Translations under genes and position numbers: made by a program
Source of the DNA: Haplodiscus bocki
Lineage: Eukaryota
Direction: 5' to 3'
NCBI GenBank assembly: GCA_965655095.1
Contig: OZ296649.1
Span: 38,192,001-38,256,000 of the forward strand
Length of the DNA stretch: 64,000 nucleotides
The notes under the pieces: generated by a model
What the model was told of the DNA's origin: nothing
The model's input: only the letters and a program-made list of their open reading frames with translations
The model's database searches: none
In this document: positions 23,801 through 35,813 of the stretch, in pieces
Layout of the letters: every line of letters starts with the position of its first letter
How positions within the stretch are numbered: position 1 is the stretch's first letter

Positions 23801-26682
23801 TGGATGAGAAAATTTCGCTGGAGGAGAAAGTTGTTGCGATCTGTGCAATTTCGTGTTTTCGCAGGGGTACACTGAGCGTCCCACCCAGTTTTGTCTTGAC
23901 GGCCAAGGCTCAATTCACCGACCTTTTCTGTGATATACTGGGAAAAGCAGAGGGAAATTATATTGTACGAGGACAACTTTCACATCATGTAAATCAACCA
24001 TTTCATTTGGCGAAAACAGCAAATGCTGGTATTCTTGTTTGATCTGTGAATATTCATACCTGCAATTCCCAAGCTACATCATTGGATGTACAATAAACGT
24101 CACAATTTCATCATGATTGTTCGCAAAAACTTTCTACCGAGACTTTGTCACTTGTCAATTTTGTTCAATCAAGGCCCAACCAAGATTTGATTCCCGAATC
24201 TACGAAGGTTGAAGTGGATCCAATGTCACAAACTGCTAGCGTATCAACCGAGTTAACACCACTGGAGAACTTGACTGACACCACTTGCAGGATACCACTG
24301 CACGCATTCGGTGTCAAAATGGGGTTAGCACCATTATCAGTCAATTGACTGTTTGCTGGCTCATTTCCATCCCTATGAAGCAGTCTTTTATGCCTTCGAG
24401 TACGGCCATCCTTTCCAGAGCCTCTTTTCAGGTTGCATTGGTCACCGCGATGTCCTGCGATTAGACAGCAGAAACAGAGGTTGAGCCTTTTCACTGTCTC
24501 ATTTCTATCCTTTGCTCCCATTCTCGTGAATTGATGCAACTCCATTTTTTGTGCTCAACGTTTTTCATGGGGCATTCACTCGCCTTATGAGTTGACCTCT
24601 CCTTAGCCTCTCACGCCAAACTGGTAGAATTCTGTTTTTCTGCCTTTGTAACAAATTTGCCCTTGTCTGAAGCCGATCCGAACTCCATTTTCAAGTTTTC
24701 TTGAACTTCAGCAATATCCTTCCGCCAAGCATTGAAAACCCGCAGGGTTTTGAAGTTCGGGTTAAATCTCAGCAGATAAGTCAGCCACTTAGCTTTCAAT
24801 TCGATTGGCAACTTCCTCACCGCAATGTTCAAAACTGATTCTGACGTCACTCACTTTCATGACCATACTGGCTCAAAACGTTTCCACATGATGAGACAAT
24901 GAGAATATTTTGTCAACTCTGCTGTGTCATGCGGTTTATTGAAAGGATAGGAATGCAACCTTTTGAGTTGTGCATTGACCACCAATTCTGGCAGACCAAA
25001 GTCTCTGGCTAAGATATCCCAAGCAATTCTGTAGGTGTCTGCGTTGTAGCCGATGCTCTCAATGGCAGCTTCAGCTCTTCCAGTCAAAAGCGTTTTCGAA
25101 AATTTCATTTCCATGCCATCATAAGCGAGAGGTTAATCAATTGTGGTTAAAAACTGTCCGGACCGCTCCAGCCATTCCAGTGGATCACCAGAAAACTTGT
25201 CGAGAGTAAGCTTTGGCTGTTTCACACTAGCTGATGAAAAGGGCGTAAATCGACTCATCGCAACTTGAGCATCGACTGATTTTGCGGAGCTGGTGCTGAT
25301 GATGCAGCAGGTTTTCGCACTCGGGAAGATGGGAGGAACGATTTGTTGGGATCATGAATCAAACCAATGGTCTTTTCGAGTGCCACGTTGAATTGAGAAA
25401 CGTCCAGCTTCACATCGTGAGTTCTTGCCGTTGACGAAGTATTGCCACCAGAGTAACATGTCTGCTGGGCGTTTGTTGTCAAGGGGGCAGCGGTGGCTGG
25501 TGGATCGCCTGTTGATCCACAGTTGTCGCTTGGAGAATTTACCCAGTTTTTGATTTTATCTTCCGCTCTGACTGATGAACTAACACATGATAGACTGCTG
25601 CCTGAAGAACAATTTGCTGCTTCCACTTCCAATTGTTTCAAATTCATTTCAACTTGTTTCTCCCGTTTGATTGCAGCTAACTCATGAGCCTCAAGTTCCA
25701 TCTATCGTTAGTTCTGACGCAGCGCAAAGTTTTCTTCCCATGCCATTGAATCGGCTGGAGCTTGTTCCTCTAATAAGACAGCTTCCATTTCAAGTTTGCC
25801 TATGGTGAATACAGATGAGACTTTGCACGCAGACTTCTTCGATATCAAATTTGATTTCTTCAAGATGTCAGCTGGTTCTTCCGACACTTTCACAGATGAG
25901 CTGTCGATGAATCGTGGGATGTACCTGCAACCACTGTCGAAGAATAATCTGCAGGCGATTGCGGTTCTTGGCTGGTTTCAGTTAGGTCTGAAGGTGAGCC
26001 TGACCCCAACTTCGCCATCATCATCGTAAATTTCAAAGCAGAACTGCTCTGCTCAGCTTTTAAATCCGTGACTGTGCCAAATTTTTCACTGCCAAAACGT
26101 ACTGGTTTGCTATGTGACTCCTTGTGCCTGCCTTCGACAACATCCAGATAGGCATACCACAAGTGAAGGTCAGCAGTAGTTTCTTCTATGAATATATCGA
26201 GTTCTTCCCTATTCTGAGCAGCAAGTATGGGTTTCAGAAGCCAAATCGTCTCCCGCATTCTGATTACAGGTTGATCCCTGGTTTTCAACCATGAATCAAT
26301 CAAATCTTTATTTGTTGCTGGCTGTTCGTGAGAGTCTACAAGGCCTTTTATTTGATTTCAGAGTCCACTTTTTTGCAGTATCTAGGACAGTCTGGTTGTC
26401 ACTCTGCTTGAAGTCGGTGTCAAGCGTTTTTGGACATTTCAGCGGTAATCGTCTGTCATGGAAGGTCTCGATATCACTACTCACATTCTTCCAATTTATA
26501 GAACCATTCGTCAACGGCACTTGCAAATTATCCAGATCAGGTGCCATTTTCCGGCGGGGATCTGATTTCACCATTGTCGTAGCATAAATCTGTGGATCAA
26601 TTAAATTACCAAAAAGAGCCTGGTAATGCTCGAAAAGCGAAACTAAATTCACCCCAGAGGAACCTTCATGAATTTTATTCAA
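20890..26682 (-). pseudogene. BEL/Pao gag-pol polyprotein, frameshifted
   Basis: KLTLDKFSGDPLEW (DUF1759-like); LCFCCLIAGHRGDQC zinc knuckle; CDIGST protease; GPDLLQNL..FRF..IAITADVEAMFLQV and YIDDF RT; TRAV..EVV..LDTD..MALTRFMARRGKP integrase; DDGVVRSA C-terminus. Confidence 0.9.
21549..21696. repeat. 74-bp tandem duplication inside the BEL integrase region
   Basis: TTGTGTTTGATGCTCCGT.AAGCATTTC.CAGACCAATGATCCAGAATT occurs at 21551 and 21625. Confidence 0.85.
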
Positions 26683-26955
26683 AAAAAGGTGATACTTGTG
26701 GCTATGCTATTGATCGCGGTTACACAAATGCGCAACTGCTCAACGTAGGTCTTCCACTTGGTTATATCAGTGAACTCTCCAAATCCTTCTTCCTTTTTGC
26801 GTCAAGATACCAATTAAGGTTCAACTAAATGAAACACTTCCCGATAATTTGTTTCAACCTAGTGATTTCAATCGTCTCCACAGTTTCACTTGACTAAATG
26901 AAAACCACAAATTGAAAATGAACCGAAAACTGAATGTCGGGGTCAGCGGACCAAA

Positions 26956-28355
26956 CGTAACGGCTGCTCAAATTCAAATCCTCAAGACAAACTCAAGCTT
27001 TACACCGGCTCTGGTTCGAACAACTTGGAGCCAACTCCAAGTCAGTTTCTCGCTAATGAACGACTGTATTCAATATTTTTCATGGAATAGTCTCAAGCTA
27101 CTATTGCTGGGCGATATTACCTTAAATTTCTGTGTTCTCAATTCTCGATGGAAGCACTCTAGTGAAAGCAATTCCTTTCTCAATTGAAAGTCGGCTTCCT
27201 GGAATCGAATTTGATTAAGTGATAGAGAAGATAATATCAAGTTAACGACCTTCTTGTTTTAGCATTAAATTTGGTTCGGTTAAATTCATAAAAATTCACA
27301 AGTTGTCATCCGTTAAGATATGTTGGAATTATAATACATTCCATCTGATAAGAGTAAAAAAAGATTTAGCTGCTAAAGTGGCGGCTAAATGTATGTACTG
27401 CAAAAAGTGAGGAGGCATACAAAATCAAGAAACGTGTTCAGTAAATATTGACTTGCCAAAGTTCATATTATCAATCTCGAAGCAAATTAGCTTATGTTTA
27501 CCTTGAGGATAAGACTAATAATGAAGTACAGTGACATTGACGAAGCACCGGCTGAAACCGTTCAAATAGGGTACTGGCGCCATCGAAGGTACAACGGTGC
27601 CGATAAAAAAACTCTAGCGTTGTCAGTAAAAATGATTAAGATATTTGACGCAAGGGGGGATTAAACATGAAAAGGAGTTTTGTCTTGCGATGCAGGCGTG
27701 TATGGGAAACCGGCCACCAATAATTAAAACAACAGATTGTGAGTAACTGTCGGAATTATGTCTATGCCAGCAAGAAGGCGAAAAGGGGAATAAATTACAA
27801 TCTGATTGAAAGCACCAAAAAGTTAGAAAAGTTTCATTGTTTATTGCTCAGAAATTATTGAGAGCAAACATAGAAAAAGCGCCACGATAGACTGGCCGAT
27901 AGGTTGTGGGGTTTGCGGAATTATAGGAATTGTTCCATAACGAGCTTTGTAATAAAAACACGACTGGTTTAATGTGTGAAAGTAGCACTGAAAAATAGTA
28001 TTCTTTGAAGGCTTGAAACAAAGTCAATGAGGGCGAGATTGGGAAAACGGCCAAGATACGTCGAAGGCCCACGTTATGGGGAAACTGAAACTATATTCAA
28101 TACGTTTTGAAACAAATGTTTGGAAAAACGGGTTCATTTTTAAAACATCGCAGGTGACATCATTTCACATTGTTAAAATTCAATCAGAATTCCATATTAG
28201 GGTTTCTGCGAGCAATAACTGGATCAAAATTCCATTTTGCAGATCTTCAGTAAAATCTGTGTGGCAGCAATTGCCAAAGGAATGGCTGTTCAGTTCTCCA
28301 TCAAAATTTCACGGGTACGCTTCAAAGTCATTACTTCGGGTTCGAGGCACCAGGA
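26956..28355 (-). repeat. BEL/Pao 5' LTR
   Basis: Direct repeat of 19475-20869 with eroded termini; the PBS adjoins it. Confidence 0.88.
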
Positions 28356-31300
28356 CGTCTAATAGAGATATCTGATTCCTCAAAAAAATTTTCGCAAAAA
28401 CACGTGGCCATATAGACCAAGCACTTTTATTTGATTTAGGAATTGTTAATTAACGACGGCCACTATTTCGTCCAAAACTCTGGTGCTTTAGCTTGGGCTT
28501 CAATTTCAATTTCACACGCAGGGACATGATCGGTAATTTTTATCTGTAAACTCAAGCTAGGATCCGTTTGCATGCGTGAAAGAGAATCCGCAGCAAAGTC
28601 CAACCTACCACGAGAGAGATCCGAAAAAAATTTAAGGACGATTCGCTCTAGGCAGTTCCATGAAGATGGATGAATACTTTGCGACGGGAAAGACTGAGTT
28701 AGGCTTGTATTATAGATTAAAATTAGGATCGGTTTAGCTGTACCACGGATAAAAAAGGAGGAGTAGTCTCATGCAAAATAGAATACTAAAAACGGAAAAC
28801 TTCAATGAGTAGAAGTGAAAAATCCCGCACCGAGATGAAAACGGGAGCCTATGTTTTCTTTTCTGTGCACTTTTGAGCAACCAGGTAATCATCAATCATT
28901 GAAACAAATTCAGTGCAGTGAAAGGCATCGTCGCAGAGGATGACGTAAAATAGGCCTGGTATTGCTAAAGGTGAAGTTGGGTTTGTACAGCCTGCTCTGC
29001 CTGAATTCAATGTTGTCAGTGCTTTATCACGGTCGTTAGATTTTGTATTACTATTCGCTTTCTAGCAACTGATACAACAGTAGTAATTTTTGACGAAGAT
29101 TAGGTAGAAAAGTACAAAAAACCTGGACAAAACCCATTGTTTTGTTCGTTCTCCAAAACTCACATTTTCGCGCAGAAGAATCATCAAAAACTCAAGAAAA
29201 CTTCGGGGAGCAGGTATCATTTAATTGGAATTACTAACATCGGTAGCAACGCCCTCCAAGACTTGCGCAAAAACATTCACTTCCAGGCAGGGGGTCAAGT
29301 TATTGCCTTACAAAAGAAACAAATCCTGTGACGGATTTGTTCAAACTTTGAGCTAAGCAGTTGTGGGTGAATGTCCGAGACGTGGGGTTAAACGCCAAAA
29401 GCTGGTCCGAAAGGTCATCTGTCATTTGAACACAATGGTAGGCTTGTGAATAACCTAGTTTTCAAAACAAACTTTTGTCAGCTAATTGACTCAAGGCGTC
29501 CGTCCTATTTGCGATCGAGAAGTTGCTTTGGAAAAAAATCATGGTGCAGAGAATTAGCTAGCCATGGGTCAAAAAGTGTTCGCCGTTTGACCACTGATTT
29601 GCGATCAACAGAAACCGGGCTACTGCTTTCGGAAAGTGACAGCGTTGTTCTAATGCTGAAAAGTATTGGTTCCAACTCAAGTAAGAATTCGTCAAATGGG
29701 AAAATTGGAGCTGGTGGCCCTTGAGCATACAACAGATAAAGGTGTTCAGGTGTTGGTTTGATCTTGAGTTCTGTTAAAAACCATTTCAAGGCGATGCTCG
29801 GCAAATATGCCATTGTATTCAACCAGTAAGTCCTCAAGTTCTTTTTTCTGGTCAGAGCATTTAGGACACAAGTATTCAAGGAAACATTTCCAAAAAACTC
29901 TTGTTTTGGGCTCCATTTTTACTGAGCGTTGAAATTCCAAAAGTTGATCGTATAGGTCTCTTTCAAGATGTGTCAAACTAGACAAATTATTACACGTCTC
30001 TAGAATTGAAAACTAGAGTTTCAACTAATCCGGAGGTGCGCAAAGTGATGGTTTGTCAATTTCTCGGACAATGAAGATCTTGCAATAGCTGTTCCAGTTC
30101 ACCTTCGAAATCAGTCAGCTTAAGGATTTTTGCTAATGGAATTAAACGAAGGTGAGCATCGCTCAGGTAGTCAGTTTTTGCTTCATTTAAAACATCGAAA
30201 TGGGCTCTTTCAGTTAAATTATTCAACGGAAGCTGGTTATCTAAGAGACGAACAAAACTCAAAAAATACCAAAACTTTCATGTCATCATCCTTGTGAAAT
30301 CGTTTGATTTGAAACATCTCATCAACCGTCAAGTGAAACAAACTGAAATTCAAAGCTGTATGCAGTCCTTTAAAGGAGAGTGGATTGTTGAATATCAGTT
30401 GTTTCCATTGAGTTCTCCTCTGCTATTGTCACAAAAAACTGATTCCTTCAATGGACTGGTTCTACGTATCCAAAAAAGCCAGCACATATCGACTGAAATA
30501 CCGGCCAGAAGTCTCCGGATTCAATCACCCGCATCAAACTCAAAAAGGGACTCTGTCTATTGTTTGGAATTGAACACAACAGGTCAGAGGAAATTTTACA
30601 AGCTGTAGAGTTACATAAATACAGCAGATCCTTCGCTCGTTTCGCCGTTCCGAGGATGTTGAACTGAAAGTAGGTGACGTGGAGGGATCGCAGTAATTTG
30701 GTGGTAGGGAGGTTCAAGTGGGCGTTAGCCTGCAGAAGTATAATTCTCTGTGATATGCTATTAGGATTGTTTCCGAATTGAAACCAAGTTTTGTACCCTT
30801 TCTCTTGACTACTGGTTTTGGGGAGAGGACGAGTTCTTCGGATCTTGGATCACAATCCTGTTTTCTCGTTCAGAAAACTAACCATGCAATCATTAAATTC
30901 AAATCACTTCTGAGGTAGTTATTTTATGCCCATTCTCTCTTGAGAACTTGAGTAAACATTGTGTAAAAATTATTAGGATTGCTTAAACTCAAGTTCATTC
31001 AATAGTTCAAAATAAAAGGAATTCTGAGTTCGACCTCAGGTTCATCTCTCTTCAATTAAGGCATTTCGAGTCAGTACATGAAATTGTCTATCATCAAAAA
31101 ATTAGGTTGGCTTAACGCTTCGATATTCATAAAAACGACGTAGAAAATCGTGGATTCTTTTCAAGTTACTATTTTTCGATCATATTTTGAAACATGAAGG
31201 GAAACCCAGTTCAAGGCATCCATTAGTTACTGTTGTTTTTTTCTCAGTGAGGTTTTGCTAAGCCTCATACAATTATTGAAAGACTAAGATAAATCGGCAG
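28356..31300 (-). mobile_element. Decayed Gypsy retrotransposon, 5' segment (gag trace, protease, RT, RNase H)
   Basis: AADSLSRMQTDPSLSLQIKI (RNase H end, ~28600-28540). IKPTPEH..LYAQGPPAPI...TTLSLSESSSPV...RK (RT start). QKKELEDLLVEYNGIFAEHRL. Left junction is collinear with 19474. Confidence 0.72.
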
Positions 31301-31644
31301 TTTCGTTAGGACAAAAATCTAGCACTAGATCCAGGTTCCAAGCTCTGCGTTGCCATTTACTTTGATGTTTTTGCCAAACTTGATCATTTATTGAACAGCA
31401 GAGTGGTGGGTAGGACAAGTCTCTAAAACACTGGGTGGGGGCTCGAGTCCCGGTTTTACAGGAAACTTTCAACTATTATGCGATTTTCCCATTCCTTTCA
31501 GTAACACCAATCGAAATTATCAAATTCGGACGATCTTTCCGTCGAAACTTTCAAGAGAGTACGACTGGAGTTTTTTCCTTTACCAGAACTTGCCAATGTC
31601 ACGCAGATTTCTTGCTGCATACCTGATAGCATCTTGTTTAATAC

Positions 31645-32850
31645 AAATATGCGGTAACACCACGGTTAGGTAGCCCGGAAGTGGTGGATTCGAAAGCTTT
31701 CGCTTGCCAATTCCTCGAAACCAATGTTGGATAGTTTTTTTTAAAGAGAATACAGGTTCCTTTGGATATTCTTCACAATTTTCGGAAAAAACTACTTTCG
31801 GTCTCTAAAAAGTCTCTTTTTGTACTGAAAGGTAGCAATTCAATTCTTTTTGAGTTTCAAAAAAAAATCAGAAAAAAGCAGTGCGATGAATTCCCATTTT
31901 CCGAATGCAAGCCCTCAGTTTTGAAAAAAGATTTTGAACTCAAAACTTGATATTAGGTCATTTTATGGACCTCCAACTTCAGAAAAAGCAATTCGAAATC
32001 TTTTCACCGGGGGCATAGCATTTTTGATTCCCTGCAGTCCAAACGAGGCCGAGAAATTCTGGTTAGCCATCGACAATCATATTCACTTTCCTCAAAAGTA
32101 GCGGCTACATTCCATCCATTATGCACTCCCTTCACAATTTTTTGAATCATAGATGGTTTTGACCCACAAGATCTTCGTTTACATCCCTTGGATCGGAAAG
32201 TGAACTCAAAATGGTATAATGGGGACACATCAAAGAGTTTCCTGCAAATTCATGGATTATTTTCTCCTGAGCTACGGCAAGATTTTCAATTGCCAACTTC
32301 TCAAGGAACAGGTTTTGGCACAAAGACGATTATTAAATCTCTGGAATTTGGATCATTTCATTGAAAACCTGTTAGACCCAGAATGGCAAAAGTTTCTTAC
32401 ACCTATGATTATTCTTGATATTCGGAATGGTTTCTCTTGAAAACTACAGGCGAAACTTCTCTCATCAAGTTCTCATTTGACAAAAATGATTAGGAAATAC
32501 ACGGGTTACGTTTCTCGTACCGAAAACCTGCTGCGACGGAAAGTCCAAAAATTGCATTCAGGTGCGACTTTCGTTCAAAAACAAAATTTTCTCCAAAACA
32601 ACCCAATGGATTTCAGCCGTTGATGTATCAATCGACCATTTTTGACATCTAGAAGCTCATCAATCGATATACAGTGGCCAATCGGTGCCTGGCAACACTT
32701 TCGTCAACAGAATACTTGTCAACAAATCGAGTAAATATTTTGATTTTTCAAGGGGTCACCATACTACGAACACTATTGATAACTAGCTTATAGAAACCCA
32801 GCTAATGCCACGTTTAAGACGGTAAGAAACGATATACTATTCCTTCGCTT
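31645..32850 (-). mobile_element. Decayed Tc1/mariner-like transposon, second copy
   Basis: End GGTAACACCACGGTTAGGTAGC resembles 14585. ORF 32004-32228 (KPSMIQKIVKGVHNGW...RPRLDC) resembles a Tc1 transposase C-terminus. Confidence 0.4.
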
Positions 32851-32859
32851 TACACTTTC

Positions 32860-34150
32860 AATAAAAACACTGATTCCTTAGAGACAATGGTACTGTCAGT
32901 GGAGCATGCAACTCCGGGGCCAACGGTCCGAGTGCAGGCCACTCCCTCGTCTCTTTGGTCAAAATCTAGGAACTTGTGTCAGTTGTGAACAGATCGGAAA
33001 AACGACTGTGTTATGACAAAGGCTTGCGCAAGAGAAAGGATTTTCTTTCAAGGTGATTGGATCGGACGCATTGTTGACGTAGTTGTCAAAAAGTGCGGAC
33101 AATTCGGTTTTCCAGAAATTCTAAACGCGTTTTCTCCAAAAGAACCAGCATCATTTCATCTTTCAAGTTGTCAACCGACAAATTTCTACTTCTCAACAGT
33201 TATTCCATTATGTTTCATTGCGCTTCGTCGTTGTCAAAGGACTCCTGATGGGCCAAAAAATGCGTTCTACTATGATTTGTTTTGAAACTTACTTTTTTTT
33301 GAGAATACGAGGAAAAATTTTCCCCATAAACGCCTCATCGAAAAACTCCCTATCTGTTGAAGATTACTCAACAGTACAATCTGGAGTTAGGTTCTTTCCG
33401 TCGGAAAACTGATCGGCTGAAATAGTCAAACCATACGATAAACGTCCTCGAATTCGATCCTGCTTTTCTACAAAACTACCATTTATATTTCATCCAATCG
33501 ACATTTCTCGAGCCAGTAAACTGTTATAAAATTATGCAATAATGCCTTGCGTTATTTGCTCTGGAACATTGATGGGTGCTCCAAAATGCCAGCAAGTACG
33601 TACTCAAGTGATTTATTTTGTCATTCAAAGTCGTTATTCTTAATGACTACCTGTACCGGCTAAATTTTTTACCCATCAAATTCTCAATCGAGAGTTCTCT
33701 CCGATATAAAGTTACTACAAACAATATTCTGAGTTCGGTTGCTTGTATTGGAAAGCTGATGGAAAGTTGACTGACATCCCCATTAGCGTAACTAAGGAAG
33801 ATTGTCGTCGGAAGTCAAACTTATATTTCTTTAGAGCTACCGGCTATATTTCTTTTATCAAGTCCTCAATCGATAAATTTTTATAACCATATTGTGAAAC
33901 ATAGTCGTTACAATGGAAGCCTCATTTGCCCAAATGATAATAAAATTTCAATTGTAGTGGCCTTTTGGATACTAAAACCATTTTTTTGCCGAAACTACGG
34001 GTTAGATTTCCACTATCAAGGTCTCAGAGACAGTTTTATGGTTGAGAAAATTATCCAGAAAAATATCGCGGGCTCTGTACTTTGCTTTGGAGCCCCATTA
34101 AATCGGTAATGCCAGGAAATGAATAAAGCAATGGTGATGATATTTGAGGA
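32860..34150 (+). mobile_element. Very decayed LINE fragment
   Basis: Faint P...KISIV.....NY-like pre-RT trace at ~33925-34000. Confidence 0.25.
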
Positions 34151-35273
34151 AAATCACCATGAAAACTGCATTTAAAAGTTATCGTTAATTTCTCAGAAAA
34201 TTCACAAAAGCTGAACGTAAAACTCTGTAGTGGGGCCAAAAATACTCCGGTGCTGGACGGCATTCTTGTATACAAAACCTGAGAGCAGTCTAGATGTACA
34301 TTTTTCTCTAGATAACAATTGATTTGAAAAATGCTATCTACTGTAGCTGGCTGGCATCTATTCGTAATGATCGTCGTGAGATCAAACATAGTTGACTGGT
34401 GCAACTATCTTTTCATTATGAACGAACTTAGCTAATCGTGTATTACGTTTATCGCAACGATTAAGCATGACAATATAGAGCGGAAACAAAGGAACTGCAT
34501 CTACTTGAGTTTCCTTACAAGGTGTCGATTGAGGAACTAATTGCCATTTGTGAGTAACAATTTTTAAAAAAGGAAAAAGTTTATGTTCGTGCCGGGCTGA
34601 AAATGGCCCAAGGTGATTTGTGCCGGGACTCCGGGCACAAGGTGTCTGCGGGCCGTTCTCATCCAGGCATAAATACATTTTGTCACTCAGTAATCCGTGC
34701 TCCATTTTTGCTCCGCTCGGGTCCGAATGTTGCACATTAAATTCTTCAGGATTAAAAGTCTTCCATGCGAGTATATCTTGAAAATGTTAATAAAATCAAC
34801 CAAAAGTTGTATAATTGACGAAAAATATATTTTAGAAATAACTCTAAATATTCCTCCCTAATTTCATCTATTTTTTTTTCTGTCAAAACTTTAATTGGTT
34901 ATTTTCACCATTTTCTCATTTCCGAAATAATTAAGTAGAATTCTTTGAAACTTAGAGAGTGAATTTTTCGTGTTTTCCAATTACTTTAAACTGAAACAAA
35001 AAATAAGGTTTAAAAGTAAAAAGCTTGATCAAATTCCCATTAAAAAAACTAACTCATCCAGATAGCGAAAATACGAGGCAGAATTACGAAAATGTTCAGC
35101 CCAGCGGAATTTCTGACTTCTCAAAACGCACCGCTAGGTACCGCAAGTCTCAAATTAGGTCAATCTATACAGAGGGTCAAAATCGATAACTCAGAAATCC
35201 TTCATAACACTATCACGACGGCATTTCAAACAAATGATTTCAAATTTCATATTGCTTCGTAATTCTACTTCAC

Positions 35274-35568
35274 CTGGAACCCATCCACTTGGATACTCTT
35301 TCACAGCACTTGGTGCGATTGGTTTAAGGGCAACAGGCAAGTATTCTTCAACAAAAACAAAATCATTGCGGAGAATCTCGTAGTTCAATTTCTCATACTT
35401 TGGCAACGGCAAGGGGAAAGTTGATACATGCTCGTATGAGCGTAATTCATCAATCCTTCTGGATGTCTCAGAACTTCGAGATTTTGTCATATTTGAAAAA
35501 GCGGCCAATCTCTGGACTGCACAGTAAATACAACGTCTCAAAGCTTTAGGACTCAGACTGATGGACAT
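35274..35568 (-). CDS. MRPL49: Mitochondrial ribosomal protein L49 (mL49), exon 1
   Basis: Basic, Ser/Arg-rich, acid-poor N-terminus resembling a mitochondrial presequence. Then DFVFVEEYLPVALKPIAP...YPSGWVP, the mL49 Y.FVE.LLP...P.P......PSGW.P motif. Phase-1 donor. Confidence 0.88.
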
Positions 35569-35813
35569 TGTATACTAAAAGTGTAAAAAAACGGCTCATT
35601 TTATGAAGTGAAATTCGAAGCAAAACATGCTGTAAAACAAAACACCATTCCAAGGAAAAATTTTTTGAAAACTTCAACCCCTAGAACGTCGATATCTATT
35701 TTTACTTTCCGTCGTAGTATATTACGAAAGGAGCAGCGATTGATGTAGTAGTAGTAGTAGTAGATTTAATTACACTGGGTGCACTACAATTTGCAATCAA
35801 AGAAAGAAGTACA

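Larger units (their letters stand above)
19475..28355 (-). mobile_element. BEL/Pao LTR retrotransposon, both LTRs present, coding region decayed
   Basis: Two ~1.4-kb direct repeats. TGGTCC-starting PBS at ~26953-26938 and PPT-like AAAACAGGGCAGGCGA at 20885-20870. Domain order gag-protease-RT-RNaseH-integrase. Confidence 0.93.
12485..35273 (-). other. MRPL49: 22,789-bp transposon-filled intron of MRPL49
   Basis: Donor CCAG|gtgaag at 35273 and acceptor at 12485 are both phase 1. They join ...YPSGWVP-V-SPEAF... into a 211-aa protein. Confidence 0.82.

Noticed and set aside
34609-34645. Hairpin TTGTGCCGGG-ACT-CCGGGCACAA
   Set aside because: Single imperfect instance without an ACGT core or supporting context.
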